A stretch of DNA of 64,000 nucleotides from an uncultured Nitrospiraceae bacterium (lineage in GTDB: Bacteria; Nitrospirota; Thermodesulfovibrionia; Thermodesulfovibrionales; SM23-35): positions 704,001-768,000 of the forward strand of contig CAVSHB010000001.1 in assembly GCA_963727775.1 (NCBI GenBank). Direction: 5' to 3'. Below the pieces are notes generated by a model. That model saw only the letters and a program-made list of their open reading frames with translations. It searched no databases and was not told where the DNA came from. Shown piece after piece: positions 45,684-55,881 of the stretch (its first letter is position 1; each line of letters opens with the position of its first letter). A program made the position numbers and the translations under genes.

Positions 45684-45860
45684 TCAAGACCCTTTTTTTG
45701 ATGAACAAACTCCCGTCAGACATCCATTACCGGCAACGTTCGGATCGGAAAACTTTGTTTTACAGCCCACAGCCAGTACTTCTTCCGCAGCCAGTTCTAT
45801 TGCCCTCAGCTTCGGTTTTTCATAGACCTGCGTGCCTTTTTTGTCTTTTTCCTGCTGCAT
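45684..45860 (-). CDS. Putative RiPP precursor peptide, 58 aa
   Basis: AAGGAG RBS; MQQEKDKKGTQVYEKPKLRAIELAAEEVLAVGCKTKFSDPNVAGNGCLTGVCSSKKGS with YxxPxL leader motif and three Cys. Confidence 0.85.
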   Translation of the reverse strand: MQQEKDKKGTQVYEKPKLRAIELAAEEVLAVGCKTKFSDPNVAGNGCLTGVCSSKKGS

Positions 45861-45870
45861 TCTTAACTCC

Positions 45871-46953
45871 TTATACAACGCCTTTATTGATGAGTTGTAA
45901 CCTGCAACGGCCCATAGAGCAGAGATATTCAGAATAAATATCTTCCGCGCCGTTTTCCCATTTGAAAAAAGCCGGGCAAAAACCACATATGTGGTAACTT
46001 TCACATTTATTGCAACCGGCTATGTTGTCCGTTTTCCTGTCTCTTATGCCTGATATGATACCATACCAGCCTGATTCGAAACTACCCGATGAAAGGTTGT
46101 GTTGTATAAAATTTGTCATAATGCATGGCTGAAGATTGCCGTATGGGTCGATGTGGAATCCGGTGAGCCCCGCTCCGCAGTTGTAAAGCTTATTGTTCGG
46201 TAATTTCTCTTGAGACCTTTGGAAATACTTTACCCATTGCTGTGCTCTTTCAGCATCCAAAAATTCCTTTTCTATGGCCTCCGCTGCTGAAACTCTCAAA
46301 CTAATTGGAGATTTATCGCCGTTTATGCGCGGGAATATTGCAGCGTCAAAACGGAATTTTACGCCGAAGTTTTTTGCTATACCTTCGATATCGAAAAATT
46401 CGTGCCGGTTAAAGGTCATGAGGATAGTTTTCAATCCCACGGGTATTTTTCGTTCCACGAGCTTTGTGATGGCGTTTAAGCATTTTTCATAAGAACCGGG
46501 CACGCCTGTGATTTTTTCGTATGTAGAGGCAGTTGCTCCGTAAAGACTAATCTCAACGAGCTGGGGGGGCATATCCTCAAAAAGTTCAAGTATCCCGTCG
46601 GTGATCAAAGTCCCGTTTGTAAAAACAGTGATAACAAGGCCGCGTTTTTTTGCGTGGCTGTAAATCTCCGGGAAATCCTTCCTCAACAAAGGTTCGCCGC
46701 CTGTGATCAGGAGATAGAGGCATCCAGCTTCGGTAATTTCATCAATGAGGTCCAATATGCGGCCGGCGCTCATCTCATTGTGGTAGTTTATATGGCGCTC
46801 AGAATTGCCGGAAAGATAACAGTGCACACACCTGAGGTTACAGCGGTGGGTCAGATCGATGCTGCCGGAAATAGGTATGCGCAGGCGTTCTGTCTTCTCA
46901 TTAAACGCCCGGATGAAGTCCAGATCACTTTTCCATTTTTCTTCGCATTGCAT
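45871..46953 (-). CDS. Radical SAM/SPASM peptide maturase-like protein
   Basis: CNLRCVHC, TGGEPLLR, TNGT; SPASM cysteines CGAG...PC...CNKC...CGFC...C. Confidence 0.93.
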   Translation of the reverse strand: MQCEEKWKSDLDFIRAFNEKTERLRIPISGSIDLTHRCNLRCVHCYLSGNSERHINYHNEMSAGRILDLIDEITEAGCLYLLITGGEPLLRKDFPEIYSHAKKRGLVITVFTNGTLITDGILELFEDMPPQLVEISLYGATASTYEKITGVPGSYEKCLNAITKLVERKIPVGLKTILMTFNRHEFFDIEGIAKNFGVKFRFDAAIFPRINGDKSPISLRVSAAEAIEKEFLDAERAQQWVKYFQRSQEKLPNNKLYNCGAGLTGFHIDPYGNLQPCIMTNFIQHNLSSGSFESGWYGIISGIRDRKTDNIAGCNKCESYHICGFCPAFFKWENGAEDIYSEYLCSMGRCRLQLINKGVV

Positions 46954-46957
46954 TCAG

Positions 46958-47248
46958 TTACTCTCTGATTAACTCTGCTTCCAGAAGCTCGGCAATAAAT
47001 TCGCTGATATCGGCGTCTGCCCTTTCTTTTTCAACATCAAACTGTGCAAGTATCCCTTTGCGTATTTCATTAAGGCTTTGCTTATCGATCTGCTGCCATA
47101 CATATTCGGCAACAGGATTTAGAGTGAATATCCTTTGCATGTCGGCTACCTTCCCCCTAATCGGAACAAGGAAAAGCTCGCCTGCAATCTTGCGTGTGAC
47201 GATATCTTCATTGCGTCTATAAATCTTCTCTCCTATGTTGTCGCTCAT
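46958..47248 (-). CDS. PqqD-family RiPP recognition element
   Basis: RKIAGELFLVP, FTLNPVAEYVW, FDV...DISEFIAEL. Confidence 0.92.
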   Translation of the reverse strand: MSDNIGEKIYRRNEDIVTRKIAGELFLVPIRGKVADMQRIFTLNPVAEYVWQQIDKQSLNEIRKGILAQFDVEKERADADISEFIAELLEAELIRE

Positions 47249-47256
47249 ATCTTCAT

Positions 47257-50200
47257 CTACCTCAGTTTCAAAGCAGGGTCGCCGAGGAGGTTATAGATAT
47301 CCATCATGAAGTCCTGGCCGCCTGCTTTGTTAAAGCCGTTAAGCGCCTTAAGGATAACGTCGCCGAGCACCGCTTTTTTGGCTTTGAACCCCGCCTTGAA
47401 GAACTCTTCATCGAGTATCAGGGCCTCTGAGTCGAATGACATCCCCGTGGGAGACCAGACAGCCGCCGCCCCGCCGCCGTTTTGCAGCACCAGCACTTCG
47501 CTCAGTGAGTTATAACCCGGTATGCCATACTCTCCCACAACACACGTCATGGCCGCCATTACAGGCAGTTTCGTGCTGTTGGTCATGTGGAAAACAACAT
47601 CGTCTTCTGTGAGAACGGGTTGCATGGCAAGGTGGTCTACCCCTCCGTGCCCTATGTAGTTTAAGAACACGATCCCCTTATTATTTATCCAGTCCATGAG
47701 CGTGTCGTGAGCTGTACCGACAGGCTGCCCGGCCAGGTAGATTGTCTCTGCGCTGTAGCTTTTAGTTAATAGAGCTAACACAGCATTGCTGTCCTTCGTG
47801 AAAGCCCCCGCGTCATCGGGCACATCGGCCAGCATGATGACCTTATTGCCGGTAGCGCCCTCGTATACGGCGATCTTGTTGATTACATTTGTCAGGTCCG
47901 AGGCTGTCAGCACAGGCAGCCTGCCTATGGCGATCCTCGGGACATGATCGTTTTCCACCTCTGCAAAGAGGTTGTCCGAAGGATAAACTCCAGATGGTGT
48001 GGAGGTCATAAGCGTCGGGATCAGGTTATCATTCTTGCCAAGGTTGTTTTTGTAGTCAAATGTGCCGTTGCCTGCGAGAACTACGTAACCGGGCGCTTTT
48101 TTCCAGCTATGATAGGCGTAGCTGAGAAAGTCTCTGATCGCCTCCGGACTGTATATGCCGTAATTGAATTCATTGAGGATCTCTTCAAGCAATACGGTTT
48201 GAACGGTAAGCCCCTGGTTGCTCCGGTAGGCGGCCAGTGTATTTGCCGCGTCACTGAGCTCGGCCGTGGTAATGATGATATAGTCTGCCTTGTTTTTATT
48301 GTCTTTGAGCCAGGGAACTGTGCCAGCCCTGACATTTGCCGTCGGAATAGGAATAACAGCGTCCTGCTTTAAGGCCAGATAAACGGCACCAGACGATGCG
48401 GGATTGAAGCTTAGGGCATAACCGCCGCCTGTAGAGGTTATCTTCGCGGCTGTTACGTTCCTGGGGTTCAGAGGGTCTGTGATATCGAAAAGCGATAAGT
48501 CAGGTCCTGTGAACCCGGTAATGGTCACCACCGGGTTTGTATTGTCGTGGCAGACCAGACTGTTGTTTGTGGCATGGTAAAGCCTCTGGTATGTCAGGTC
48601 GAATGAGTTTAAATAGAAGATGCTGTAATCCGTGTCCGGATTATCCAGCAAGCCTGTGATTTCAACTGTATTGCTGCCTTCATAAAGCTGGCCGGGACTG
48701 TAATTAATGGTGATTGTTTTGGGGTTCGGGCCGTACCATACTTTATCTGCTGTATCGGCTATCTGTGTGCCGTTGAGTTTGAATGAAGCATGGTGTTTGG
48801 TATTGGTGAACCCCTGCAGGTTTATACTCAGGCTGCCTGAGGCATTGGCCACACCGTTTGCCTGGATTGTGAAGGTCTTGACGCCATCGTCAGGGTCTCC
48901 GGCTACAATATAGTCCCAGAACCAGTAGTCTGATTCAGGGTCAGTGGTTATGACCGGCACTATGATGTTGTCCTGCTCCACATGGATAGTCTCTGTAAAG
49001 GTGTTATTTCCGGCAACGGGCTGGGGTCCTTTGCCTTTTACATTGACCATCTGAACTCCGTTACCCACGGCTAACCAGTAGATGTTTTCGTCTGTATAGT
49101 TATCATTGCTTATGCCTGTGCCGTAAAACAGTATGCCTGCGTTTCCGGCGTCGGGCATATAGGCTGCTTTTTGGTCTTTGTTCGTCAGCTGCAATCCATT
49201 GTTTTTTATCAGCTGTATTATTTTTTGCTCTGATATCCCCAATAGTGTTGCTATGGTCGAGGACGACAGAGAATAAAGACCATTTGTGCTTACGGGTATC
49301 TTTATCGATGTCCCGGTCTGTATCGAAGCGCTTCCGGTGCTTGCCGCTAAAGCTCTTATATGCACTGCCTGGGTTGCTTTGGGGACTGTGTTCTCTTTGG
49401 CCTTCCTTACATAGTTGGAATAAAGGTCCTGACCTGAATCGACGGTTGTTTTGTACGGGTCGTTACGGACGCTTATGTTGGAACTTCCGTCTGAGGCAAA
49501 AGACCTGACTACTGTGTTTGTAGATACCTTCGGAGGATTAAGCAATAGCTCGGGGTTTATCGCATTTGACCTGCCAAGGTTATTGATAGCGGTACCTGTT
49601 GTGCTAACAGTGAACGGTCCGTGTATGTTCTTTGCGCCGCCGGCTTCTACTTCCATGAGTAAGTAGGTGTAGCTTTGCTCCGGAGATGCCCCCTTGTCGA
49701 TAAGGCTGTAGGTGCCTCCCTGTAACGATGTAAGCAATGCAGGCAAAAGCCTCCGGTTTATGCGCTGGTACCCTCCGGTTGAGGCGTCCTTCCTGAATAG
49801 ATAAAACCCTGCCGTGCCTGACTCTGAGGAGGTTGTCCATTCGATTACCATGCTGCCGTTGTCTTCGTATGCGCGGAAATCAGATAGTACTACATGAGTC
49901 GGAGAGATGCTTGTACAACTCGTATTGTTATTGGAGTTGGAATCAGCTGGTGTGGATGAAGCCAGATTCGCGCAGTTTTGTATGGTCGTTTCCGTCTGCT
50001 GCACAATTGTTGTAAGGGTCAGGGTAACGGAACTCCCCCCCGTGATTGATGATGCTACTGTCCATGTGAGTGTGCCGCCGCCGGTGCTGTTGCAGCCGGA
50101 ACATGTAGCTGTGCCGGCGGTCGCTGTGTATGAGCTATATGCCAGGTTAGCAGGCAATGCGTCTGTAACCTGCGCCGCAGTGACAGTGGTTGTCCCGACA

Positions 50201-53200
50201 TTCTTTAAGGTGATAAGAAAGACAGCATGGCATGTGCCATCTGCATAACAAGGGGCGTCAATGCTCTGCACCGCCTTTGTTACCTGAAGATCGGTCGGAT
50301 AGGTAACAGGATTGCCTACAGATGCTTTAGTTGTGGCCGACTGGGCACTCGATACCGCCGCTTCGTTAAATATCTGAGTGACACCCGATGGCAATGAACT
50401 ATTAACCTGTACTTGGTAGGTTACTGTCATCGATTCGCCCGGGTTTAGAGAAAAGCCGTCAGCAGGCATTAACAGGTTAGGGGATACTCCGTTTGTAAGA
50501 GGGTTCGGATCTCCAACTCTGTTGGTCTTAGTGTCGTATCTAACTGTAAGTCGTTCGTCATTTGCCGAGGACCGGCTGTTTATGGCGGCTGTCTGATTAG
50601 CACCAGCTGTTCCTATAAGTATCACGCCGTGGTTATTGGCAGGGGTAGTTACCCAATTCTGAACGCTAGTAAGAAGATTGGCGGTATTTATCCCACGATA
50701 ACCGACAGGGCTTACAATGAACGACCCAAGAAGAGTAGGACTGTAATCTCCTCCTCCAGTGGTCCAGGTATTCGCACAGTTGTACTGATTCCAGGTTGCG
50801 CCATTACCGGTTCCTGCGCTGCAGACAGCACCAGGGTTTCTTGTGCCTTCATTCCAGTCACGGGTCAGGCCATATGCGTTGGCCGTAAGGTTTGCGTTGG
50901 CAGTTGAAACGTTAAATTCCATCAATGCGGACCCAACCCTTGCCGTAGAAAGAATGGATGATAGATCGAACTGCACGAGCGGCTGCCTCATCCTGCCGGC
51001 TCTGTACTGAATACTCATCGGTTCCACGCTGCCATAATTGTATGTCGGGTTCTGCTGATCGAGATATGTGTCTTTTACAGCATATAAGATAACTGACGAA
51101 ATTGTATTATTTGAGGGCGCGCCTTTGACAACGGTGCTGTTGTTTACATATGTCGTATAGGTCGGCAGCAAGTCGTAAACGGTTATGCCTGTCTGTGTTG
51201 TTGTGGCGCTATTATTGGTAATCGTGATGGTATAGGTTATAGTGTCTCCCGGGGCCACGTTGCCTGTACCTGCACTGCTGACTTTTGTCACCACCAAGTT
51301 AGAAACAGCAGCGGCGGCAAACCCGAAGTTGTTATTTGGATAAGTCGCATTCAATTGGGTGACAGACACCGTCTTTTGATCGCCCGGGGCAAGGGGCCAG
51401 TCATCGGTGGTCGTCAGCGTCTTGGAGATGAGTGGAGACTGAGTGTCGTCGATGCTCACAAAATACTTTCCGATTGAGGACACCTGGAAACTGTAATATC
51501 CGCCGGAGTCGGTGGTAGTGGTTGCGACAAGTGTATCCGTAGACGGATCGAAGATGTTATTACTGTTTGTATCACTGTACAGCTGAACCGTGACGCCGGA
51601 AATGCCGGCTTCTCCGGTATCCTGGCTTTTGTTGCTGTTCAGGTCGTTCCAGACAAGCCCGGTTATGGCCGATGTGCCCGGCGCGTTATAGCCGAAATCG
51701 GCGGTGAGGTCGCTTGTATTTAGATTGAGGAAAAGGACCGTTCTCTGGGCACCGGCAACCGAAGGCTGGTCGTCATTTGTTGTCAATACCAATCCGCTGA
51801 GAGGTGTCTGGCCATCGTCAATGCTCACAAAAAACCTTCCCTCTTCCGATACCTGAAACATATATTTGCCGTCTGCATCAGTGGTAGTGGTTGCAACAAG
51901 CTGGTCCGTTCCCGTATCGAGCAGTCCGTTCCCATTTGTATCTTTGTAAAGTTTAACGGTCACTCCCGCGATGCCCGGTTCCCCGATCTCCTGGATGCCG
52001 TTCCTGTTATAATCACTCCAAATCGTGTCGCCGATTTTACCCGGAGCGTTGTACCCGAAATTTGTACCGGAAACATTTGCGTTTAATACAGTCACCGCAA
52101 GATTACCCGCTTGCGCGGCAGTGGTAGTGCCGGCAAATCCGATCAGCTTTCCGTTGGCATCCTCAATGCTGATCGTGTAAGATCCGTTCGGGACGCCGGT
52201 GAAAGAGAAATTTCCGTATACATCGCTGGTAGTTACCGCCGCTACTACGTTGCCGGCTTTAAGAAGTGTAATCGTAACGCCTTTAATTCCCGGCTCACCC
52301 GGATCGAGCGCTGCGTTGTCATTTAAATCGAACCATACACGGTCGCTGATTGTATAAAGAGATGGGTTATAGTAACCGAAATCCATCATAACATAGCTGT
52401 TCCCGCCTGTTACGGTTATGGGGGCGCTGTTATTGGCGCCTATGCTCTGCGGTCCGACGGTCGGTGAATATCCTGACAATATTCCGGCGGTATCCGACTT
52501 AACCACATATGTTCCGGGAGAGACATTCGTAAAGAGATATATCCCGAAGGCATTGGTAGTCGCCCAAGCAACATGAACATTGCCGGGAGAGGTCACCAGT
52601 TCCATGGTAACGCCTCCAAGCCCCAATTCGCCCGGTTCCTGGATTCCGTTGTTATTTGCGTCGCTCCAGACGTAGTCGCCTATTATGGCTACATTTGATC
52701 CGGCATTCTTATAGCCAAAGTCGTTATTGAGAAACTGCTCCTGTCCGGTAATCACTATTGGGGAAGTTGGGTTATTGTTCGTGGAGATCGTTAACCCCGG
52801 AGGGAGCGTAGTCTCATCTACATAGACCCTGTATGTTCCCGGGAGGAGGCCGTCAAAGACATATTTCCCGTCTGTACCCGTGCGGGTCTCGAGATCCCCG
52901 GCATCAAAGACCCCGTTATTGTTGGTATCAAGCCACACTCTGACATTATAGAGGCCGGGCTCTCCGGTGTCATGGACCCCGTTAGGGACCGTGTCCAGCC
53001 AGACAAGATCTCCGATAGCACCGCCTGTACTCACCGGATCAATCGTTGTTGAGGAGGCAGGAGGAGCTTTTTCGTAACTCGTTGCGGTCGCCGTGTTCAC
53101 GATCCGTGTCTCATTTATAGGATTCTTGGCCTGGACGGTGTATGTTATCGTCATCGTTTCACCGGCAGCTAGGGCAAAGCCGTCGGCAGGCATGACGAGA

Positions 53201-55881
53201 TTTGGTGGAACTCCGTTTATCAGGTCAGGATTGCTCCCGCCGGTAATGTTATCTTTGGTTACAGTAACGGGCAGCTCATTTGTTTTTATCGCGACATTAT
53301 CTGCGTAGAAGTAATCGCCGGCATAGCCGTTAGAAACACTGAAACGCACAGTCGTATCCGATCCGATATAAGATGAGATATCATAGCTTTTTGTGCCCGT
53401 AGTCTGTCCGGTAATGTTATTGATAGTATCAATGACTGTGAGGCCGTGCCCGTTCCCGGACATTATTACCTGCACTGCATCTGCGGCAGCAACACTCGGA
53501 CTTGTGCGAAAGTCGAAACTTAATGTTGCGGACGTAAAATTCTGGGCCGGTATCCCTGTTGTCAGGTTTGCAGTTCTGGATGCCCATGATCCGGCGGCTG
53601 TCAGACGCAGCGAACCATTGATTACCTGGACATTCCCCGTCAATGGGTCCTGTGGGTTTCCGGCCGCGTCATTCTCACTCCAGTTTGCAGCCCAATTTTC
53701 CGGACCGTCATTATTGCTGTATAAAAGCTGATTAAATTTTTCCTTGACGAGTTTCTGCCTGTGACCTGTGACAGAAGTGCTGCTTGCAATGTAGTTCGTG
53801 CCGTCAGGTAACGGATCGTTTAACTGAATTCCTGTTTGAGATGTACTTGAAGCATTTGTTACGGTGATAGTGTAAGTAATATTGTCGCCGGGTTTTACTT
53901 TGTTCGGGGCTATACTTGAGGTCTTAAGAGTTTGAAGGACCCCCTGCTGGACAACGGAGTCGCGCGTATTAAGAAAAATCTCTGCCACTGAAGTGACCTT
54001 CGCATTATTGATTATATCGGTAGTGGTAGTGGGGGACAATGGATTATTCACCGTTGCCTGAAAAGTAAATAGTATGTCCTGCCCTGGTTGCAATGTGGAA
54101 GGGATAGGATATCCCGTCTCGTCGAGAGGGAAACGTGTGCCCGACGCATTGTCCGATAAGGCAGAGCCGTCCATAGTGGTTGTATTGGCAACATAGGTAG
54201 TATTCGTGTCGAGCGTGTCCAGGAGGTTGATACTGGATATCGGGACTATGCCGCTGTTATGCACCCTTATTGTATATTCCAATAATTCACCGGGATCTAT
54301 TCCTCCGTTACTGTTAAAGTCTCCTATAAGTTCGGCATATTTATAAGCGACTAAGGAAGGAAACGGCAGCACGGTTGTCCCGAGATCGAGTTCTGTCGGT
54401 TGGTTTGCAGAAGAGCTTCCGCCATCCTGTCCATAGGCAACGGCAATCCTCGTATTGTCGGTTGTATAGACCCTCCAGCCTGTATGATCGTAAGAGCCTG
54501 CAGGACCCGGTGAGAATATCTTTTGAGCTTCCAATGCCTGGACATTGATTGCAACATCGCAGTGGTTGCCTAACGAGTCAAGTATCGGACCGGTTGTGGG
54601 ATCTCCGTCATAGTCCACATAAACTGTAGTGGTGGTAACAGCTGTTACCCATATCGGGTTTGCATCTCTCTGTTTATCGGTAGTTCCAGGAGACCAGCCA
54701 ACGACTGCGGAAGTCGTCAGCGATGTCTCGGGGATCATATTAAAGCCCCAATTATGGACTGTATTGTTTATGTCGATTGCGGCAATCGCATAGAAGCTTT
54801 CACCACCTGTGGTGGTAAGCTTGGCGCCTGTTAAGTTACCTGGCGATGTCGGTGATAAGGGCAATTGAAAGAATCCGGCAGTATGAGCTAAGAGGGTTTG
54901 AGATACGGGACATCCGGCGGTACCTGCCATGCAGGTGACATTCACAGTGATTGAGGCGCTGTTTGGGTTGTAGGCGATTATGTTGTTATATACCATGGTG
55001 CCGCCTGTCTCCCTGGTCGTCGAAACCGGACTGTAGTAAGTGTTTCCCAAATTAGAAATAGGAAGCAAGCTATATAGTCTGCCATCGTATCCTGACGGCG
55101 ATTGTGCAGTTAACATATCGACTTGGACAGGACCGCCTGTAGATGTGACGGTGGCCCCCACTTTTATTCCTTCGACATAGAAGGTCTGGCCCTCATTCAA
55201 CGTCTGTGTGACATTGACGGAAAGGTCCCTGTTTTGCACAGTCACACTTGTGCCGTTCTTCTGCGCCGAAATAGAAAGCGCAGTATAATTGAAAGAGACC
55301 GAACCGTTATTAATTCCAACGGGCACTTCGAAATTGCTTCCCCATTTGTTCGTTTCGAATACCTCAACCGCTCCGGCCATCTGCGCGCCTATTGTCTGTG
55401 GCGCTCCATTCGGCCAGAAAGCACGGGTGACGACGATCTGCTGGGTCGCGCTTATCTTGTCCATGCCGTCATGATATAAGTTGCCCTGGTCACGAATTCC
55501 ATTTGCAACCGGAATATCGTCTGCGAAGGTGATGACCTGACCGGCATTAATGGTAATGACCTGTGTTGTGCTTTGTTGAGGGTTTGTTATGTCATCTTCG
55601 TAGCCATCTTCCCAGTGGTCATAGTAGATGGTTGTGCCGTCATATGTGCCGGTGATCGAGATAACGGAATGTATAGTGTCGGCTTCAGCTGTTGCAGTCT
55701 GCGCCCTCATCCATGTCCTGGCCTGGGGTTCGGTGATAGGGACATAAAACGTCTGGACAATTTGATTGGCTGCTTTAGCGTCGTGCGTACCGTAGAACGC
55801 AAAGATTATCAATGCCGCGACGGCGAAAAGTATTACGCGAAGGTTGATGCCAGGTGAGACATACTGGTCCATCTTTTTCAT
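47257..55881 (-). CDS. Giant secreted multidomain protein: DUF11 repeats, five SdrD-B-like repeats, DNRLRE-like domain, C-terminal peptidase C25 domain
   Basis: GGGAGG RBS and signal peptide; PGDxITYTIT repeats; IGDxVWxD...GEPG repeats; DTYLDQQNPTYNYG; DYIII, AIGRLPV, YIGHG, MTC, NLLGDP. Confidence 0.9.
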   Translation of the reverse strand: MKKMDQYVSPGINLRVILFAVAALIIFAFYGTHDAKAANQIVQTFYVPITEPQARTWMRAQTATAEADTIHSVISITGTYDGTTIYYDHWEDGYEDDITNPQQSTTQVITINAGQVITFADDIPVANGIRDQGNLYHDGMDKISATQQIVVTRAFWPNGAPQTIGAQMAGAVEVFETNKWGSNFEVPVGINNGSVSFNYTALSISAQKNGTSVTVQNRDLSVNVTQTLNEGQTFYVEGIKVGATVTSTGGPVQVDMLTAQSPSGYDGRLYSLLPISNLGNTYYSPVSTTRETGGTMVYNNIIAYNPNSASITVNVTCMAGTAGCPVSQTLLAHTAGFFQLPLSPTSPGNLTGAKLTTTGGESFYAIAAIDINNTVHNWGFNMIPETSLTTSAVVGWSPGTTDKQRDANPIWVTAVTTTTVYVDYDGDPTTGPILDSLGNHCDVAINVQALEAQKIFSPGPAGSYDHTGWRVYTTDNTRIAVAYGQDGGSSSANQPTELDLGTTVLPFPSLVAYKYAELIGDFNSNGGIDPGELLEYTIRVHNSGIVPISSINLLDTLDTNTTYVANTTTMDGSALSDNASGTRFPLDETGYPIPSTLQPGQDILFTFQATVNNPLSPTTTTDIINNAKVTSVAEIFLNTRDSVVQQGVLQTLKTSSIAPNKVKPGDNITYTITVTNASSTSQTGIQLNDPLPDGTNYIASSTSVTGHRQKLVKEKFNQLLYSNNDGPENWAANWSENDAAGNPQDPLTGNVQVINGSLRLTAAGSWASRTANLTTGIPAQNFTSATLSFDFRTSPSVAAADAVQVIMSGNGHGLTVIDTINNITGQTTGTKSYDISSYIGSDTTVRFSVSNGYAGDYFYADNVAIKTNELPVTVTKDNITGGSNPDLINGVPPNLVMPADGFALAAGETMTITYTVQAKNPINETRIVNTATATSYEKAPPASSTTIDPVSTGGAIGDLVWLDTVPNGVHDTGEPGLYNVRVWLDTNNNGVFDAGDLETRTGTDGKYVFDGLLPGTYRVYVDETTLPPGLTISTNNNPTSPIVITGQEQFLNNDFGYKNAGSNVAIIGDYVWSDANNNGIQEPGELGLGGVTMELVTSPGNVHVAWATTNAFGIYLFTNVSPGTYVVKSDTAGILSGYSPTVGPQSIGANNSAPITVTGGNSYVMMDFGYYNPSLYTISDRVWFDLNDNAALDPGEPGIKGVTITLLKAGNVVAAVTTSDVYGNFSFTGVPNGSYTISIEDANGKLIGFAGTTTAAQAGNLAVTVLNANVSGTNFGYNAPGKIGDTIWSDYNRNGIQEIGEPGIAGVTVKLYKDTNGNGLLDTGTDQLVATTTTDADGKYMFQVSEEGRFFVSIDDGQTPLSGLVLTTNDDQPSVAGAQRTVLFLNLNTSDLTADFGYNAPGTSAITGLVWNDLNSNKSQDTGEAGISGVTVQLYSDTNSNNIFDPSTDTLVATTTTDSGGYYSFQVSSIGKYFVSIDDTQSPLISKTLTTTDDWPLAPGDQKTVSVTQLNATYPNNNFGFAAAAVSNLVVTKVSSAGTGNVAPGDTITYTITITNNSATTTQTGITVYDLLPTYTTYVNNSTVVKGAPSNNTISSVILYAVKDTYLDQQNPTYNYGSVEPMSIQYRAGRMRQPLVQFDLSSILSTARVGSALMEFNVSTANANLTANAYGLTRDWNEGTRNPGAVCSAGTGNGATWNQYNCANTWTTGGGDYSPTLLGSFIVSPVGYRGINTANLLTSVQNWVTTPANNHGVILIGTAGANQTAAINSRSSANDERLTVRYDTKTNRVGDPNPLTNGVSPNLLMPADGFSLNPGESMTVTYQVQVNSSLPSGVTQIFNEAAVSSAQSATTKASVGNPVTYPTDLQVTKAVQSIDAPCYADGTCHAVFLITLKNVGTTTVTAAQVTDALPANLAYSSYTATAGTATCSGCNSTGGGTLTWTVASSITGGSSVTLTLTTIVQQTETTIQNCANLASSTPADSNSNNNTSCTSISPTHVVLSDFRAYEDNGSMVIEWTTSSESGTAGFYLFRKDASTGGYQRINRRLLPALLTSLQGGTYSLIDKGASPEQSYTYLLMEVEAGGAKNIHGPFTVSTTGTAINNLGRSNAINPELLLNPPKVSTNTVVRSFASDGSSNISVRNDPYKTTVDSGQDLYSNYVRKAKENTVPKATQAVHIRALAASTGSASIQTGTSIKIPVSTNGLYSLSSSTIATLLGISEQKIIQLIKNNGLQLTNKDQKAAYMPDAGNAGILFYGTGISNDNYTDENIYWLAVGNGVQMVNVKGKGPQPVAGNNTFTETIHVEQDNIIVPVITTDPESDYWFWDYIVAGDPDDGVKTFTIQANGVANASGSLSINLQGFTNTKHHASFKLNGTQIADTADKVWYGPNPKTITINYSPGQLYEGSNTVEITGLLDNPDTDYSIFYLNSFDLTYQRLYHATNNSLVCHDNTNPVVTITGFTGPDLSLFDITDPLNPRNVTAAKITSTGGGYALSFNPASSGAVYLALKQDAVIPIPTANVRAGTVPWLKDNKNKADYIIITTAELSDAANTLAAYRSNQGLTVQTVLLEEILNEFNYGIYSPEAIRDFLSYAYHSWKKAPGYVVLAGNGTFDYKNNLGKNDNLIPTLMTSTPSGVYPSDNLFAEVENDHVPRIAIGRLPVLTASDLTNVINKIAVYEGATGNKVIMLADVPDDAGAFTKDSNAVLALLTKSYSAETIYLAGQPVGTAHDTLMDWINNKGIVFLNYIGHGGVDHLAMQPVLTEDDVVFHMTNSTKLPVMAAMTCVVGEYGIPGYNSLSEVLVLQNGGGAAAVWSPTGMSFDSEALILDEEFFKAGFKAKKAVLGDVILKALNGFNKAGGQDFMMDIYNLLGDPALKLR

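Noticed and set aside
44256..47248. Lasso peptide or PQQ biosynthesis cluster
   Set aside because: No asparagine-synthetase-like cyclase or B2 protease, no pqqB/pqqC, and the peptide lacks the PqqA ExxxY motif
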